A stretch of 63,985 nt of DNA, counting the filler, from Trichomonas gallinae (lineage: Eukaryota): assembly GCA_008369845.1 (NCBI GenBank). It is 7 parts of 7 records of this genome, joined end to end, with 100 filler letters (N's around TTAATTAATTAA, not from the genome) between each part and the next. Parts side by side here need not be neighbours in the genome. Positions count along the whole stretch, not along the records: positions 1 to 13,490 come from MRSU01000946.1; positions 13,591 to 36,113 come from MRSU01000950.1; 5 more parts are not named here. One strand, given 5' to 3'. Each line of letters opens with the position of its first letter. Within the stretch, counting starts at the first letter, position 1. The translations under genes and the position numbers were made by a program. Below are positions 10,753 through 22,334 of the stretch, piece by piece. The notes beneath the pieces were generated by a model. That model saw only the letters and a list, made by a program, of their open reading frames with translations, made no database searches and was not told where the DNA came from.

Positions 10753-12411
10753 TTAATTTTTGAGGAAAGGACAGATATCTTCGATGAGCTCGTTGCCGCC
10801 AATAGATTCTGTTGCCCCAATAATGAACTGAACTTTGTCCTCAAACTTATTATGTGCCAAATCCTTCAAATAAGCAACTTCTGTGAACGTGACTCCTCCA
10901 GTGAAGAAAACTAAAATTCTCTGCTTCTCGTCTTCATCTAAATCAGGCGGCTGGCCGCTAACATTGATCTTGATCTGCTGAATATTGTCTGAAAACAATG
11001 TCTGCAGCTCAGAGACTTTGTTTGTCGCAACAAATTCTGCAATTCCAGCTGAAACCGGTTTATATCCGTAAGTAGCGATCTTTAATTCAGTATCTAGCTC
11101 TTCCGAGAACAGTCCCAGCTTGCTGACGATGCTTTCGAAGTCCCAGCCGAATGTTTCTGATGAAATTAATTTTAATAATTCGAGATTCAACAATCCTTCG
11201 AGCGCTTTGCTTCCATATTCAGCTAAAACTTCTTTCTGGATAGAGCTGAATGCTTTTGTAAGTCCTTTTTTGTAGCCGAATAAAGAAATAATGCATAAAA
11301 ATCTCAATGCGGTCCTCCAGTCTCCATAGAAGGAAACTAAGCGTTCAGCAAACAACAATGGATCTCCTGAGTGCCTAAACATATGATAGAATGTATCACA
11401 ACTGCTTTCAAAAATATTATGATCAACTTCAACGAGTAATCTGCTGAAAATGTCATTATTTCTCTTGAAATAGCTTGCAATTGTGTTTTCACTCTTTGTC
11501 TCCTCGCTGCTTTTTCTCTCTTGGTTCTTTAAGTTAGAAATAAATTGCAAACCTTCGAATAATGATTTGTGGCGGTAATCTTTGTATACAATATCATTAT
11601 CGTTCAGAGGGAAAATAGAGTTGTCGATTGTTCTTTGCAATAATCCGTATCTAAAGTCGAAATAATCGTAATAAAGCTGATCAACGGGCTGAGCGAGTGA
11701 CAGTGGTGTTATTAGGTCTGCCAATCTATCGAAAATGAGAATAGATGAAATAGTATTCGTTTCTGGCTTTTGAACTTCGCATTGATCCAACATTCCTGAC
11801 ATTAATCGCTGGATTTTCTCAGATCTATCGCCAACAGATACAATGTGTGGTATTCTTCCGTAAATATACTGTATTTTTGTCAAAGCGCGGGCCGAATTGT
11901 AAATTTCATTCGTTTCGTGGAAAAGGAAAAGCTTTTTGAATGAATTCGATGAAGGCATGAGAAAGAAATCTTCTTCAACAGGAATAAAGTCAGCTGGTAG
12001 CTCGCCAACAAACACTTCTGACGAATGAAATTGAGATGGTTGTGAAACGATTTGAAGATTATGCTTTTCAATGATCTGTCTGTCATTTTCTGTGAGTTTT
12101 GGAATGACTAGTAGTGCTTTCCTTAAATTAGAACAACTCTGGAGTTTTGTTGATATTAAATCTAAGTTTTCTGGGTCAGAATTTGTAATAACAATCAAAG
12201 TATAAGCAGATTCTGGATTAGTTATAGTAGCTAATGGCTTATAATGAATCTTTTTGCGTTCATTAAAAAATTGCTGCACGAAAAATTTAAGTTTTGGAGG
12301 AGAAGTCACGACAATATCTGTGTTTGATGCCTGAATGAGCTTATTTTCGAATGTTTTGAATATCTCTATTGCAACATCGCGGAATGATTCAAGATCAATA
12401 AAACTCGACAT
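10753..12411 (-). CDS. VPS33: Sec1/Munc18 family protein, Vps33-like
   Basis: SM motifs LIFDRLADLITPL and VFFTGGVTFTEVAYLK...IIGAT; YGRIP in domain 2. Start set at MSSF (12411), which follows a TCATT initiator. Confidence 0.85.
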   Translation of the reverse strand: MSSFIDLESFRDVAIEIFKTFENKLIQASNTDIVVTSPPKLKFFVQQFFNERKKIHYKPLATITNPESAYTLIVITNSDPENLDLISTKLQSCSNLRKALLVIPKLTENDRQIIEKHNLQIVSQPSQFHSSEVFVGELPADFIPVEEDFFLMPSSNSFKKLFLFHETNEIYNSARALTKIQYIYGRIPHIVSVGDRSEKIQRLMSGMLDQCEVQKPETNTISSILIFDRLADLITPLSLAQPVDQLYYDYFDFRYGLLQRTIDNSIFPLNDNDIVYKDYRHKSLFEGLQFISNLKNQERKSSEETKSENTIASYFKRNNDIFSRLLVEVDHNIFESSCDTFYHMFRHSGDPLLFAERLVSFYGDWRTALRFLCIISLFGYKKGLTKAFSSIQKEVLAEYGSKALEGLLNLELLKLISSETFGWDFESIVSKLGLFSEELDTELKIATYGYKPVSAGIAEFVATNKVSELQTLFSDNIQQIKINVSGQPPDLDEDEKQRILVFFTGGVTFTEVAYLKDLAHNKFEDKVQFIIGATESIGGNELIEDICPFLKN

Positions 12412-12786
12412 CAATAAATGAATAAAATTCAAAGGCATCATAACAAAAACTCCTTAAATTAATCACAATCTCCGTTAAAAACAAAGCTAATTTTCACATT
12501 ATTATCGATATTTTCATTTAATTTATTATTATTCCATTATCTATTAATCAACCGATATAAATTCTTGTGTAGTAATATATTGTTAATCAAATACTAGTTC
12601 ATCTCTTTTGATTAAAATATTTATTTTATTAAATTCAAAGTGAGGTTTGTCATTAAAGATTATTCTTAATTTCGTTAACATGATTAAGATCATTAAGAAT
12701 ATTTTTTCTAATTTTGAAATAATTTTTATTGGAATTAGGGCTAAAAATATGAATAAAAAAGATATATGTGGAAATAAATAACAAGT

Positions 12787-13176
12787 TTATTCAGCGTTGA
12801 ACTTAGCGACGGCCTTGCCACCTTCAGAAACGGCGTGCTTGGCAAGATCTCCTGGGAGAACGAGACGGACGGCTGTCTGAACTTCGCGGGAACCGAGTGT
12901 GTTACGTTCGTTCATGTCGACGAGTCTAGCACCTTCCTGAGCAATTCTTTCGAAGATATCTGTAACGAAGGAGTTCATGACCATCATAGCCTTGTTAGAG
13001 ATACCAATATCTGGGTGAACCTGCTTGAGAACCTTGAAGATGTAGGATGAGAATGTTTCAGCACGCTTCTTGTGGCGGAGCTTCTTATCCTGCTTGGCAG
13101 CGTTGGCGGCATCGACACCCTCGACGGCTGGCTTCTTCTCTGTTGGTGTTTTAGAGGCTGGCTTCTTGGAAGACAT
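12787..13176 (-). CDS. H2B: Histone H2B
   Basis: [21 protein letters not shown]...[18 protein letters not shown]. Confidence 0.99.
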   Translation of the reverse strand: MSSKKPASKTPTEKKPAVEGVDAANAAKQDKKLRHKKRAETFSSYIFKVLKQVHPDIGISNKAMMVMNSFVTDIFERIAQEGARLVDMNERNTLGSREVQTAVRLVLPGDLAKHAVSEGGKAVAKFNAE

Positions 13177-13341
13177 CTAAAATAATGATTTGTTTACATG
13201 GCGCCACCATTATGAATTTATAGTATCAAAAATGATGGGGTGTAAAATGGCATTCTCGATAAAATCCATTTCTGCCACTTTACTCCACTACTTTTTTGTG
13301 AATGTAAAATGGCGGCAAAAATATCAGTTCATTATTTCGTA
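13177..13341. promoter_or_regulatory. Bidirectional H2B/H2A promoter
   Basis: TCATTATTT precedes both ATGs. GTAAA(A/G)TGGC occurs at 13242(+), 13304(+) and 13274-13283(-). Confidence 0.7.
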
Positions 13342-13490
13342 ATGCCAGCCAAGAAAGGTGTTAAGAAGACAGCCACAAAGACAGCCGTCGATGGCGAACG
13401 CCAGCATCCCAAGACACGTTCATCCCGTGCCGGTCTTCAGTTCCCAGTCGGTCGTCTTCACAGATTCCTCCGTGAAGGCCGTTATGGTGA
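13342..13490 (+). CDS. H2A: Histone H2A, 3' part lost in gap
   Basis: MPAKK...[24 protein letters not shown]. Confidence 0.97.
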
Positions 13491-13590
13491 NNNNNNNNNN
13501 NNNNNNNNNNNNNNNNNNNNNNNNNNNNNNNNNNTTAATTAATTAANNNNNNNNNNNNNNNNNNNNNNNNNNNNNNNNNNNNNNNNNNNN
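13491..13590. other. Assembly spacer (N44-TTAATTAATTAA-N44)
   Basis: Identical 100-nt construct occurs six times and carries stops in all six frames. Confidence 0.99.
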
Positions 13591-13660
13591 CGACATCGTT
13601 CATCGGTTAGGATAAGCGGTTCTCATCCGCTGGAGCGGGGTTCGACTCCCCGTGTCGGAA
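13591..13660 (+). tRNA. tRNA-Glu (CTC), first 2 nt cut by the gap
   Basis: Acceptor (TC)CGACA/TGTCGGA, anticodon arm AGCGG-TT CTC AT-CCGCT, T arm CGGGG-TTCGACT-CCCCG, T-run terminator downstream. Confidence 0.95.
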
Positions 13661-14270
13661 AATTCTTTTTTCATTTTTAATATTTCATATTAATTAAACT
13701 TTAAATATGTATTGATTCTTTAATCAGCTAACTACAACTTTTTGGCACACAAAAACTTGATTTTATATTAATATTTTCTGATCAATAAATTCATTATTTT
13801 TTGCAAGCATGTACATTGATTCCTTGATAGAAGTCAGATGATATAGATGGATAGTCATCAGTCTCACGATATTTTCTGTGATTTCAATTCCGCTCATAAT
13901 GAAACTCTCGAAATTTGTATGCATAACTAAACTGAATCAGATATATGATCTGATTACTTTCTAAAAATCAACTGAAAATAGTTGTATTCGATGCTAAAAA
14001 AATGATCGAGAATGCAACATTATTATTCCTTTCATGATCTGGAATAACAATTCATTACATTCATTGCAGCATTTGCCTTCTATTAAGTTCTCGCCCCATT
14101 AATCTTGGAAAATTTTATATGAAATAATATTTATTAATAGAGTAAGCCAATAATATCTTAAAATAATATTTTTGCTCCTATACTTGAATGCCATGATAGT
14201 AAAAAGTGTCTATTTATCAACTAAATATGATATATAAATAATATTTACTATTTAAATCAGTATTTTGTAG

Positions 14271-15683
14271 TCATTTCTGGAATGTATGTATTGCGTCGAT
14301 GATGGACGTAACTGTTGCAATAATAGCAGAAATTACGCCAAACACTGCTAATGAAACTGCGAGCCAGAAATCTGCTGTATTCTTTGCTGGCTTGTATAAT
14401 ACAAGGTGCATGATAGCTGGGTAAATGAAGTTAGACACGCATCCACCCAGAGCACCGCCAACACCAAGAACTGGATTCGCGTTTTCGAAAACTACGGCTA
14501 TAACAACAGCAATGACATTGCTGATGATTTCGATGACAATTCTCTGGCAACGAGGAAGATTTGGTGCATCATTATTCTTATAAATCATTTGTCCGAAAGA
14601 TCCGAGGACTGGCTGTATCATAACTGGGTAGGAGAATGAAACAACGAAGAAAATACCCGCTCTGACGATATTGATTAGGATATCTTTGGCTGGGAATTTA
14701 TCAAGAACGCTACTCTCGATCGTAGAACCGAAAATAAGGTACGCTAGGAGAGAAGGAATGATCATGATGATGCAGCATAATCCTTCTGCCCAGTAAGCGA
14801 CGATCTTTCTCTTTCGATATTCGATATTGTAGTTCTGAACAATAGAAACGGAAACGACAGGCAAAGCAAAGGCCAAGAAGTAGACACCAAGTGCAGTGAA
14901 GATGTTAACACTGCCTACAGCCAGTTTTACGGTGTCATGAACTTTCTTTTCTTGAGAAAGTATGATAGAGGCTTTGATTGTGATTCCAATGACATAGAAG
15001 AAGATGCATGCGACGGTTGCCGTCGAGAAATACGACAGAAATCCAATAGAACGAGGAATTGATAATGCAACTGGAAGAATTAAAGAGTAAACAATGACAA
15101 CAGCGGCACGCTTGATGAATCTATGCTTTTCGAAGCTCATTCCAGCAAGTTGGAGCCATCCAATTGCGACACCAGAACCGAAAATCAAATAGCTAACCAA
15201 ACATGAGTATACGAAAATCAATTCGAAGACTGAGACCGTAATCTGTCCCCACTTACCCAATACCTTGAGTGTCATTTCATCGAAACCTGTAGATTTCGTG
15301 TCAATCTGAAGTTTCATAACAATAATTGTTGCGTAAGCGGAAACAAGCGCAACAAGGATCAGAACAAGAACACTTGGAATTATGCCACCAAATTTAAAGG
15401 TTGCTGGTGCTCCAAGCAAGCCTGCACCGAGCAAAGAATTTAATAGGTTCATAATAGTCGCAAATCTTCTTACTCTGTTCGGATTTCCCTCACCCTTGAA
15501 TGTCTTGCTCGGGTCTATCGGTGGTTGACCGTCTACTTCAACTCCCTGAGGCGTTGGGTTATCTAATGTAACGTTTTCGATCTTGATTTCGACATCTTCG
15601 TCAGCTTTAGGTAGACCATCAGCACCTATATTCTCTTCAGGTGCTTCATCGAAAGTTTCTAAGGGCTGTTCCTCAACATCCAT
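14271..15683 (-). CDS. Amino acid transporter, AAAP/SLC38 (Aa_trans) family, 470 aa
   Basis: NLLNSLLGAGLLGAP...GG motif, about 11 TM helices, FSYP and FIYPA motifs. Confidence 0.93.
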   Translation of the reverse strand: MDVEEQPLETFDEAPEENIGADGLPKADEDVEIKIENVTLDNPTPQGVEVDGQPPIDPSKTFKGEGNPNRVRRFATIMNLLNSLLGAGLLGAPATFKFGGIIPSVLVLILVALVSAYATIIVMKLQIDTKSTGFDEMTLKVLGKWGQITVSVFELIFVYSCLVSYLIFGSGVAIGWLQLAGMSFEKHRFIKRAAVVIVYSLILPVALSIPRSIGFLSYFSTATVACIFFYVIGITIKASIILSQEKKVHDTVKLAVGSVNIFTALGVYFLAFALPVVSVSIVQNYNIEYRKRKIVAYWAEGLCCIIMIIPSLLAYLIFGSTIESSVLDKFPAKDILINIVRAGIFFVVSFSYPVMIQPVLGSFGQMIYKNNDAPNLPRCQRIVIEIISNVIAVVIAVVFENANPVLGVGGALGGCVSNFIYPAIMHLVLYKPAKNTADFWLAVSLAVFGVISAIIATVTSIIDAIHTFQK

Positions 15684-17689
15684 ATCTATAAAAAAATGCC
15701 TTTTGTGAATTCAATTTTTGAATAATTTACAATTTAATTCAAAGCGTCAACCGCTTTTTTTGCAATCAAGAGATTTTCGATATTGTGTTCCCTATCTTAT
15801 GTATAGTATAATTTATGAACCAAACGGAAAAATCGATAAAAAGCTCAATAAATGGTTCATAATATTGTCAATAGATTTTTTACATAAAAGTTTTGTCACG
15901 TTCTTTTTGATTTCCTAAAATTGTCACGTTTTTGAATATTACAAAAAAAAACATATTGGAATTTTGACCAAAAATATACGTTATAAATTAATTATATTAT
16001 CGCATATTAAAGTTCTAGAGCTTCAAAAATCAATATTCGAAAATAACATTGTTGCAATGCTATATATTAGTAGACAAAGCTATGATTTGAATTTGGGAGA
16101 TTTTCAATTTTCCAAAATCAAGAAAATTTTACAAAAAAAATTGAAGGAAGGTCAACAAAAATCGAAATTTAAACGTAATTGAAGTATATATTTGTCAATG
16201 GTGCTAATATCAATTCAAAATCGGGTGGATAATTCTGAATAAAGTTGCGCATATTTTTTCTGACAAATTAGACACAAAATACTATTAGATCTATTTTAAA
16301 ACATATTTGGCATTTTAAATTTCACTTCACTTTAATCAGTTCAAACTAATTTACACAAAAATATACTAATAATAATATGTAGTGTTAAATATCCAGTTGT
16401 AAATTTTTTTGGAAATTTGTATGATAGCCAGCTTAGGAATGTATGATCTCTGATCAGCAATGATCATAATGACTTCTTATGATATAATTTAACATATATT
16501 TACAAGAACTCTCGTGTTTTATAGGATTTGTGCCGGTCATTTGATCGATTGAACAACATAAAGTGGAATCGCTGCGGATCTTCTTGACTCTCTGAAATAT
16601 TAATATCATGCGTATGGATTTGATTAATTACATTTGTTTATTTCCCAATTTATATTGGCATAAATAAGATCAAGGAAAAGTGATTCAGATAAGTGAAATA
16701 CTAGCTCATTATACATATTTATGCATGATTCAGTCTGCCCTTTTCTCAAACTTAAATTTAAGAAAAATATTTATTAGATCTTGGCTTTGATGAAGATATA
16801 TGAATGTTTATTACTTTGAATTGGATATATAATATTCCATCGGATGTATTGAGATGGTTGAAACTTAAAATGAAACAAAAAAATATTGTTTATAATTTTT
16901 GAAAATGTAACATGAATAAAATAATTTCAAATATGTTACATAATCAAACTGCAGCGTATTTAACATTTCATGACTGTCTGTAGAAAGAGGAAATGATAAT
17001 CGAAAAATAGTTGATGAATAATCATCCAATTTTATTGGATGAATAATTTTTCTGATTTCATTATATCAATTATTCTTTAATATAATCAGGCTATCTTCGT
17101 ATATTTTTCAAACCCTATCGATTATGTATAGCTTTTCGGATGAATTCGTTTAAATATCTTTTCATTATGGTGTTGTTGTTACGGGTATTGTGGAATTTTT
17201 TATTGAATATGATTCTAGAATTCTTTGTGACGAAACGAAAATAGCATAAAATTATTTGACAAATAAATTTAAATTGCCATGTAAAGCGACTATTATTAGT
17301 CTTGAGTAGATTATAGACTTCTTGTTGCTATATTTTATCTAATAGTAAGGTATTTCTAGAGAATCTCTGATTTATATGGGTATAGTGTTCAAGATATTTT
17401 TCAAAAAATTCTATAATTTAAAATTAGAAAGAGTATAAGATATTGTTTCCATTGAACTTGTAAAATTTTATTCGATGCTTGATTTAAATTTTTTGCTGGT
17501 TCATTTTGCGAGTAAATTATTTCCATTTTTCTAAAAAATATAGTTTTTTTGGAAAAAAATTCCATTCAAAAGTTAATTTATGAGAATTAAATCAATTCCA
17601 TTTATGTTGTATGTCAATAATAGAGCAAAATAAAGCGATTTGCGTGTTAAAAATGTAATGAAAATTTTTGTCACTTTTGGTATAAATTT

Positions 17690-18163
17690 ATGAATTCAAG
17701 TCGGTCCACACAATCCAATGTTTCTAGGGCTTCAGTTATATCGAACTTTTCTAGGCTTGGTAATGACCTAAGATACTTCCTTAAGAACCCTATTGACTCG
17801 CGAAACAATTTTGTTCCGCCAGATTTAACAGTAAAAGGATCATCAAGATCTGTTATGCAGCCGTCAGTACACATCAACAAAGATGCAATTACGAAAGAAT
17901 GGGAAAAGAGATTTGCCAAAATGAAATTCAAAAATGTACAACAACCACAAACACGTATCGTCGAACCTTACTTGCTTCTTACTGCAACTAATAAAGCATC
18001 TGATCCTCTACACAGATTTACAGTCGAAGAAATTGCAGATTTGCGCGCAAAAAATCATAGTCAAATGAAAGAAAGAGATACTTCGCATCTTCCACAATTA
18101 AGGAAGATAGGAGCATCTTTACGAACAAATCCAATCACGAGAAACAATTATTATGGGTCTTAA
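17690..18163 (+). CDS. Hypothetical basic protein, 157 aa
   Basis: TCACT initiator about 19 nt upstream, coding-like composition; no family recognised. Confidence 0.7.
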   Translation: MNSSRSTQSNVSRASVISNFSRLGNDLRYFLKNPIDSRNNFVPPDLTVKGSSRSVMQPSVHINKDAITKEWEKRFAKMKFKNVQQPQTRIVEPYLLLTATNKASDPLHRFTVEEIADLRAKNHSQMKERDTSHLPQLRKIGASLRTNPITRNNYYGS

Positions 18164-18780
18164 AAAATATAACTCATTTTTTATCAAATTTCGTCATATG
18201 AACAGTTATGTAAGCCAAATATGATCATATTACTCGCAAGTTATAAGGTATGACCATAATTATTATAATTTTGTCAGCGTCTCTTGCACAGACGAAAACA
18301 AACATGAAATACTGTATATTAATCATGATTACAATACTAGCTATGTGAGCAATTCCAAAAAGAATTCGTTATTCAATCTTTTTGATATTTTTATCTTTAA
18401 ATTCAATCAAAATGCCTTTCACAGCTATATACAGTATTATGACATGAGAACATTTCCATGATTATTCCAAGTATATTCTTCTATATTTTAATATTTTCTA
18501 TCTGTTTTGTTTAAACATGTTATTATTGAAGTTCATTGAATTTCAATACGACTACCCTATAGATTTTAGAAATCAAGCATTATATTTTTTGAAATAAATC
18601 TTGCTGAACGAACAGCATCATAAAGTAGCTGAAAATGACCTAAATACGAAAATTGTGGGATATTATGATGTAATTGTTTTGTTTTGGAAGTAATATTTTT
18701 ATCAACAAAAAATATCAAATTCAAAATGGAAATGAACTGGTCTATTTTTGATAATAGAACTATTTCGATCATTTTTGTAG

Positions 18781-19695
18781 ATGGGGCCACCATTGACTGG
18801 TTCCCCACCTACAAAGTCTTTGTATACGTTTCCAAACACAGAATACTCTGACTATATTGCATCCATATCAACATATGACGATTTTGGCTTGTCAATTTCA
18901 GCGAAAGGCTTTGTTCAGACTCATTCTCTTCCAGAATGGGTTAGAATTACAGGAAGACAGCTGAATAAGATTGTAAATGGATGTATAGTAGATGCTAATA
19001 CAATTGCATTGCTTGAATCTAACAAAATAGCTTTATACGATTTCGAACTCGAACAAACGCGCAATATTACGCCACCAAACTCAATTATTGTTAAATATAA
19101 ATACTCAGATATTCAATATCATGATAATAATCTTACTGTTATCACAGCAAATGGCTCAATTTTTAGTTGGGATTTGCGAACAGATGAAAATCCACGCGTT
19201 TTAGTCCTAAATAACATGCCAACAACTACATCTTTATCTCTTTCGCCGCAATCAACAATGATTTCTACTGATAAAGGTCAAATTGTTGTAATCGATCCAA
19301 GAATGAACAAAAGAGCGGCATTATTCGATATAAAAAGCTGTTCGAATGGTATAGCAATACTTGATGGCATTTCTAGACGACAAGAAGCACCTTGGAGTAT
19401 TGGATTCCAATTTTCAAACGGATATGCTGGTATTTATGATGCAATGGAACAAACACCTGAAGTTATCATTGAGCCTCCTCCATATATTGAATGTCAAAAA
19501 TATGCAAAATTAATTCCAGTATATTTGGGAAAATACATGATTGTCGGATACTCATGGTCTAGGACACTATCCACCTACAAGAAAAAAATCTCTCATTACA
19601 CAATGAATGATATTCCTGTTGCTTTATGTACTTCTCCAATCTATGATGGACTTTTTGTCAGCTCATACTTAGGCGATTTATATCATGTGTTTTAG
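18781..19695 (+). CDS. WD40-like beta-propeller protein, 304 aa
   Basis: TCATT initiator before ATG. Blade ends GSIFSWDLR, GQIVVIDPR, GYAGIYDA. Confidence 0.8.
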   Translation: MGPPLTGSPPTKSLYTFPNTEYSDYIASISTYDDFGLSISAKGFVQTHSLPEWVRITGRQLNKIVNGCIVDANTIALLESNKIALYDFELEQTRNITPPNSIIVKYKYSDIQYHDNNLTVITANGSIFSWDLRTDENPRVLVLNNMPTTTSLSLSPQSTMISTDKGQIVVIDPRMNKRAALFDIKSCSNGIAILDGISRRQEAPWSIGFQFSNGYAGIYDAMEQTPEVIIEPPPYIECQKYAKLIPVYLGKYMIVGYSWSRTLSTYKKKISHYTMNDIPVALCTSPIYDGLFVSSYLGDLYHVF

Positions 19696-20355
19696 GATTC
19701 GAAAACATATAATTTTATCAAATACAAAATGATCAAATTTGATACATATTATATATTTACTCAACTCATGAGAATATTGTTGCATCGTGATCAAGTTAGA
19801 TTCTCGATGATAATTACTTGATAATTTTGATTCTTTATTCTCAATTCATAAGTTATACATCAAATTCAACATATATTTAAATCTTTCAAAGGATCACGAA
19901 ATAATCAAATATTATATTATTGTTTTTATATATTGTTTTCATGTAATAAATTCTCTATCTTCTACAAATAGTACTGCATTAGTATATTATCTTTATCATA
20001 TACATATTTGGATATATTCGATTCTTACTGAGAAAAATAATATTTTTCAAAAATAACAGTTGATTAATCAAAATTCATGGTACTTCTGCACTAACATATG
20101 TCAATACTACATTTTTGCACCATCAAAAACAATCAAACAAAACAATTTTAATTGTGCTTTTAATAATTTCTTCGATAAAAGAGGAAACGATTCAAGACAG
20201 AACATATTTATTATACAAAACAAAAATAAATGATAAGGAATTTGGCTATTGTTACAAATAAAATTATACAATATTAATTAAGGTAAAAAACAATAAAACA
20301 AGTTAAAACAGCATCAATTAAATCCAAATTCATCGGCAAATGATGAGATTTGTAG

Positions 20356-20973
20356 TTAATCGAACAACCATTCTTCCTCGTCCATACTGTTGAAAGATTC
20401 ATCCCATTGCATCTCCGGAACCACGTAATTTTGCTTGGCTTCAGCTCTGATCTTCTCAATTTTTGTTGTTAAAGGAACGAATAAACTAAAGTATGTGATA
20501 GAAATATTTTGCTCAAGCCCTTCGTAGGAATTCTTTTGCCCGATTAGCTCAATAAAGTTAATGAGCCATTTAATGTCGGATCTGTTAATCTCTTGAGCAT
20601 GGATTTGGAAGAAAACTTCATCAGCGTAGACTTCTTTCAAATATTTCAGTTTATCAACCATTTGAGCAACAAGTCTCTGTGTAGCTGAGGCTGAAATATC
20701 GTTTGTATCTGAATATATTCCACTTGTTTCGTTTAATTTATTAGAAACACAATGTTGATATGCAATACCATCTTCTCCATACTGTATATAACATACCTGA
20801 TCAATTTCAGTAGCTTTATCCCTTGCTTCTTGTTTAATCGAATTTTGATCTGTTTGCTGGCTATTGTCTAAGAGCATTTTCTCGATGATCTCAGCTACGT
20901 GCTTTTTAACGACTTTTCGCTTCGGACGGGCCCTTCTCGGAAGATTTGAATAGTTTCCAAGCGGATCAATCAT
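20356..20973 (-). CDS. Hypothetical protein, possibly a compact Mediator subunit 15 (KIX-like plus Med15 helical region)
   Basis: Clear 205-aa ORF. Three-helix KIX-like pattern (HVAEIIEKML / ARDKATEIDQVCY / AYQHCVSNKL) followed by DKLKYLKEVY...DIKWLINFIELI. Family call is from remembered motifs. Confidence 0.5.
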   Translation of the reverse strand: MIDPLGNYSNLPRRARPKRKVVKKHVAEIIEKMLLDNSQQTDQNSIKQEARDKATEIDQVCYIQYGEDGIAYQHCVSNKLNETSGIYSDTNDISASATQRLVAQMVDKLKYLKEVYADEVFFQIHAQEINRSDIKWLINFIELIGQKNSYEGLEQNISITYFSLFVPLTTKIEKIRAEAKQNYVVPEMQWDESFNSMDEEEWLFD

Positions 20974-22334
20974 TCTTCTAAAAAAAATTTTCCTAAAAGA
21001 AATTTTTTATTGATATTTTGGTGTTTTTGGTTAAAACTATATCTAAATAACCCATTTTCGAAATGATTTTGGAATTGTGAGAGTTCATTGAAACCGTAAC
21101 TTTAATCGTTGCAGTCATAATTTTTATGTATTTCAAATATACTCTTTGTATACAACATATAACAAAATTTAATGTAAAATGGTTTTGTCAAAAATCGATA
21201 AAATTATGACATGTAAAGTTTACAATAAAAGAATTATTTCAGATAATCATTAAATCAAACATGAAATTTTAAATTTTTTGAACTGAAAGATTTAATGCAA
21301 CAATTATGCTAACTAACAGCTGTATGTCAGCATTTATGCTTTACGAGGTTAGATATAAGAGTAAATCAATCTCGACATCGAAATATATTAGATATGGCTT
21401 GTTGCATGTTTAAAATATAACATCTGACAAATGTGCAATTGTTATATAATGTATTTACAAGATAAATATCATATTTTCAATCTGTTCACATTTAATTTAT
21501 TGGCTTTCTGAGTTTTTTCTGATATAACTATGGTTTTATTTCCTGCAACTGTAATAAATGGAAACATGCAATATTATGATTGCATCAAGGATTGATTTCA
21601 AAATGAAATATGAACCGCCTTTTTATTTTATATACTATAGATATGATAGGATGCCATAAACAAAGCTGTTAACAATAAGATATTATAATGAATAGCATGA
21701 TGTATTGATAAGCGATCAAAAATCAAGTTGTATTTGATGTACATATGCACAGCAATTAACTTTATATTTGATCATATGCATGATTACATGTTTACATAGT
21801 GTTAATTTGGCTTAATTTCAAAAGTATTAAATTATGAAGAAGCAACTGATTTAACGATATGTTTCCAACACCATAGGATAGTATCATGTCATATTACATT
21901 TGCTAATTATGGATTGCAGACTATAAAAAAAAAGTCGCAGCAAATGTTCAACAGGGCCACAATAAAAATAAAAGGGGTGATGTAAACTTCAGAATATTTA
22001 TGTCATAAATATGACATAAACTAATAATATAAATGCAACTTTCTACTTTTTGTAAACTTCAGAATAATTTCAATTTTCAGAAAAAAGAACCTTGAAATAT
22101 CATTGTGTGCTATATCAATCATCATTGATATTAAATTATCAAAATTTTAAACAAGGCCGATAACTGTAATAATAAATAATCGCATTATATAGGACTCCTG
22201 CATAGATATTGAAATAACGAATCAAATTGGGGGTTATAGTCATCACCGTTTGTATTGGAATCACCATGACTTTTTATAACAATGAATGACACAATACAAA
22301 ATAGAGTTTTAATGCATAGAAATAAGCAGCCACC

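Noticed and set aside
13535..13546. TTAATTAATTAA recurring six times, suggesting a palindromic element or TTAA target site
   Set aside because: Always centred in N44 flanks; an artificial contig linker. ORF ends reading 'LIN' are artefacts of it.
15718..17600. Short ORFs and possible gene relics in long AT-rich spacers (also 727-963, 21270-21940, 26853-27139)
   Set aside because: Low-complexity F/I/K/N-rich translations with no motif I can support.
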